Assembly: GCA_965235115.1 (NCBI GenBank)
Contig: OZ249436.1
Span: forward strand, 16,184,001-16,248,000
Reading direction: 5' to 3'
DNA length: 64,000 bases
Source of the DNA: Laetmonice hystrix
Lineage: Eukaryota
The position numbers were made by a program, and so were the translations under genes. The notes beneath the pieces were generated by a model. It was not told the DNA's origin. It ran no database searches and saw nothing but the letters and a program-made list of their open reading frames with translations. Positions 60,993-64,000 of the stretch are shown in pieces (positions within the stretch are counted from its first letter, which is position 1; each line of letters starts with the position of its first letter).

Positions 60993-63900
60993 GTTAGATC
61001 TTATGAAACATTTATTTTATACAATATACACTCAAATACTTGCCCAGCCTATCCCATATTTCAACTACCGGATCAATCAAAATATCATTATATGAGATAC
61101 TCTGTTCGACTGATGAAGCATACATTCCCTACGGTACCAAGCAATCAAGCATACATCCTCTCATCTTGTGATCAGACAATGACTTTCACGGCATCTTCTC
61201 CACCAATATTAATAGACGGCCACAACAGAACAATCCATTCCATATCTAGTGACTGACATCAGATTTAATAGAGGGCTTGGACTGGGACTGTGAGCCATTT
61301 ATTCATTCAGAAGGATCCCAGAACTTCAAGGTCTTCTGATATCAGTCAGTTGAATCCGGGACGCGAAATTTTTTTTCCCACATTAGTTCTGAACCCCCCC
61401 ATTATCATACAGCCAATCAGAAACAGGCACACATATGGCTATGGAATACCGGCGACGACATGCGAGATGCGAGACAGTGTGTTTGGGTTAGGGTAAAGGT
61501 TAGGCCTAGGGTTAGTGTTAGTTTTCATAGCTCAGAATTATTGTTAAATAGGCACTAATTGATGAGCAGTGGATGTGTCAATAAGAAACATTCACTGACA
61601 CTGTTCGGTCCCATATCGCGAGCGATAGAGTCTGGTAATTAGTAATCCAGCAGAAGTACCTTTTAATTATCTCGTGATGTATCAAGATGATGGCATTGGC
61701 CATACAGTTGTATATTCTTTTTTTCCACTCTCTTTCTCACTGTCTTCAAAGTATTGCTGCATTAGCAGGCCTCCACAAACCTCCTTAAATCTCCTTCTTC
61801 ATTTGTACTTGGACTTGGTTACAGTTATTCCCTAACCTGAAAAGCCTCCCCTGTATATTTATGCTGCTCTCTATTTTTAAATAGAGACAGCCCGCAAGGA
61901 CAATGAATCACAGCACTGTGTCTGTGCGTAAATGGTTTTTGTGACTTTTGTGACTTTTTGTGAGTCCACCGAGGCTATAAGTTAGGAATCTATCATATTT
62001 CCCACTGGTCACGAATATCGATTTGATACGTATCGCGGTACCACAGTTCCTTTACTTCTTTCAAGGGAATAACGGTGCATTAAGTGAATCATCTACTTCT
62101 CTCAGTTTACGCCGTAGTGGACTGGTAGGAACCCCACTTATGAATAAAAGCTTCCTCGGAGATTATGAGATAAATGTAAAGAAAAAAGGTTTATATGATA
62201 AAAATAAATAAATTATGGTATGTTAGACACTACTTACAATAAAGTTTATGGCCAAGATTTGCAATACTTTTGTTTCTTGTAAGAGAAAATCATTCACCTG
62301 TTAAATAACCTCTGGACATCATTAACGCTCGGAATTTCATATACACGATCTAAAGCGTGCGGTATATGATTATATCAGGACAGCTGCTGCTTGCATCATA
62401 TAGCCAACCCATTGTTTGCAAGAACTGTTAGCGATATTGCAAGATGGGGGAGGGCAAGGCACGGTGCGAAGTGGACGTTGAGAGCTCTCTGGGCAATTAT
62501 GGACAATTTACAATTTAGAAGATGCGCATGATCCGGGCAGTGTAATCCATACCGCATGCCACGTACTTAGTTCAGAAGATTTGCCATTATCAATGATTTG
62601 CTACATGGGAGTGCTCTCAGAGATGAATGTTCTGTTAGATTATATCTATCATTCCAGGCTCGTTTTATAATTCCCCTCGGTGTGAACCTCGATGCAGTGA
62701 GACAAAAGCCTGAAACTATCGGCCTACATATATGCATATATAGGCGTATACATATCTAACTCATGCTTTATGTTTATGGGGTATAATTCAATAATATAAT
62801 TTGGTCGGAATTAAAGATCTTCTATCACTAGCCCTGACCTTATCCCGCACCCTTAACCCTAGTCCCCTCCTAAAAACATAAACATATCCCTATCCCTGAC
62901 CTTACCCATAACCCCTACCCATATTTTGTGGGAAAGTTACCATGAATTACTAACCGTTCATGGTATCAATGCCATTTTATTGATTATAACACTGGTTTGA
63001 AGGGTGAATTACGAATACGATTGAAGTAGCGTCGTCAGCAAGGTGATTATATATCACAGCTCCTACGCTGAGATCTCTCAGTCTCGCTAATGTAGCTTGG
63101 ACGTCGTTTGATGTTGAAACTGAATAGTATGTGGGCCGGCGGGCTCTGTGAACATCCTTAACACCAAACTGAGCCGATTGATAATATTGAGGTTACTCAG
63201 GTAGCATCCAGCACGGCCCCTGGGCATATTGAAGTACAAAAACTGCCATCGTGATGTGTATCCCGTTACTCTGGACATTAACAAATGGTAACATTGAGAA
63301 TGTATCAGTCGTGAAGAATTGGTTGGAAAACAGCGCGTGGGTGAACATTAACGGGATTCTACTTGACGTCAAGGATGGCATAACGAAAACCAGGAATGAT
63401 AATGAGATATGTCAGAGGATGATATATTGCTTGGTGGTGCAAATTGACTTAGTGTGGACATTTGGCGCTGTTTGATGATTGTTAATACCATTATACAAAC
63501 ATTTTGTTATTACGCTATAGGCCTGAAAGTCAGTGTTGATTGATAATGCCACCTGACCAACTCATCACTTGAGAGAAGAGGTAACCAGCCAACGCTATGT
63601 ATCCTCTCATGTGGACAGTCCAGCCATGCAGCTGTCGGCATCGTGTTGTCCTCACCAAGAATGGCGGAGTGTTATTCTCAATGCTGTCACTGCGAACATT
63701 GCCACCAGGGGGCGGGCTGTCCGCCGACCATGCCCCCGGTCGCCAATGGGACGTCAACAGGGGATGACAGTTGACTGTCACCTGTATTGTCTGAGCGTAT
63801 TCTCAATGAGTCCATTTACCGTGGACACCACTGGGGTATATCTGCCAGTCTGTACCCATCACGTTAAAATGAAGGTCACATAGGCCTACCCACCACGGTA

Positions 63901-64000
63901 ATAGCAAATATCTCCGGCTAATTTTCTATTCAGGAGGAATGCCTTCATCACCACGTGGTGAATACTGTCCAAACAATACACCGGCGATGCAGTTTATGCA

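Overview
Gene-dense, intron-rich eukaryotic DNA. The AT-rich introns and repeat types suggest a marine invertebrate animal, but the species cannot be read from the sequence. I rebuilt seven genes by hand from splice sites and exon phases: HADH (+, 5' end outside the window), BMS1 (-), cytosolic ThrRS/TARS1 (+), an EPHX3/4-like epoxide hydrolase (-), an unidentified Gly-Pro-repeat gene (-), Cactin (+) and PRRC1 (+, 3' end outside the window). BMS1/TARS1 and orphan/Cactin are head-to-head pairs. There is also a ~715-bp tandem array and many MITEs and LINE relics. The most striking signal is in HADH: two intact, diverged 117-nt copies of the dimerisation-domain exon (candidate mutually exclusive exons). 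They follow a GC 5' splice site and an intron that folds almost entirely into G-U-rich hairpins, which together suggest an RNA-structure-controlled isoform switch. Other candidates are a poison exon or structured RNA in Cactin, a 21-nt microexon in the orphan gene, and an unusual TARS1 first exon. All family assignments come from motif recall; no database search or folding program was run.
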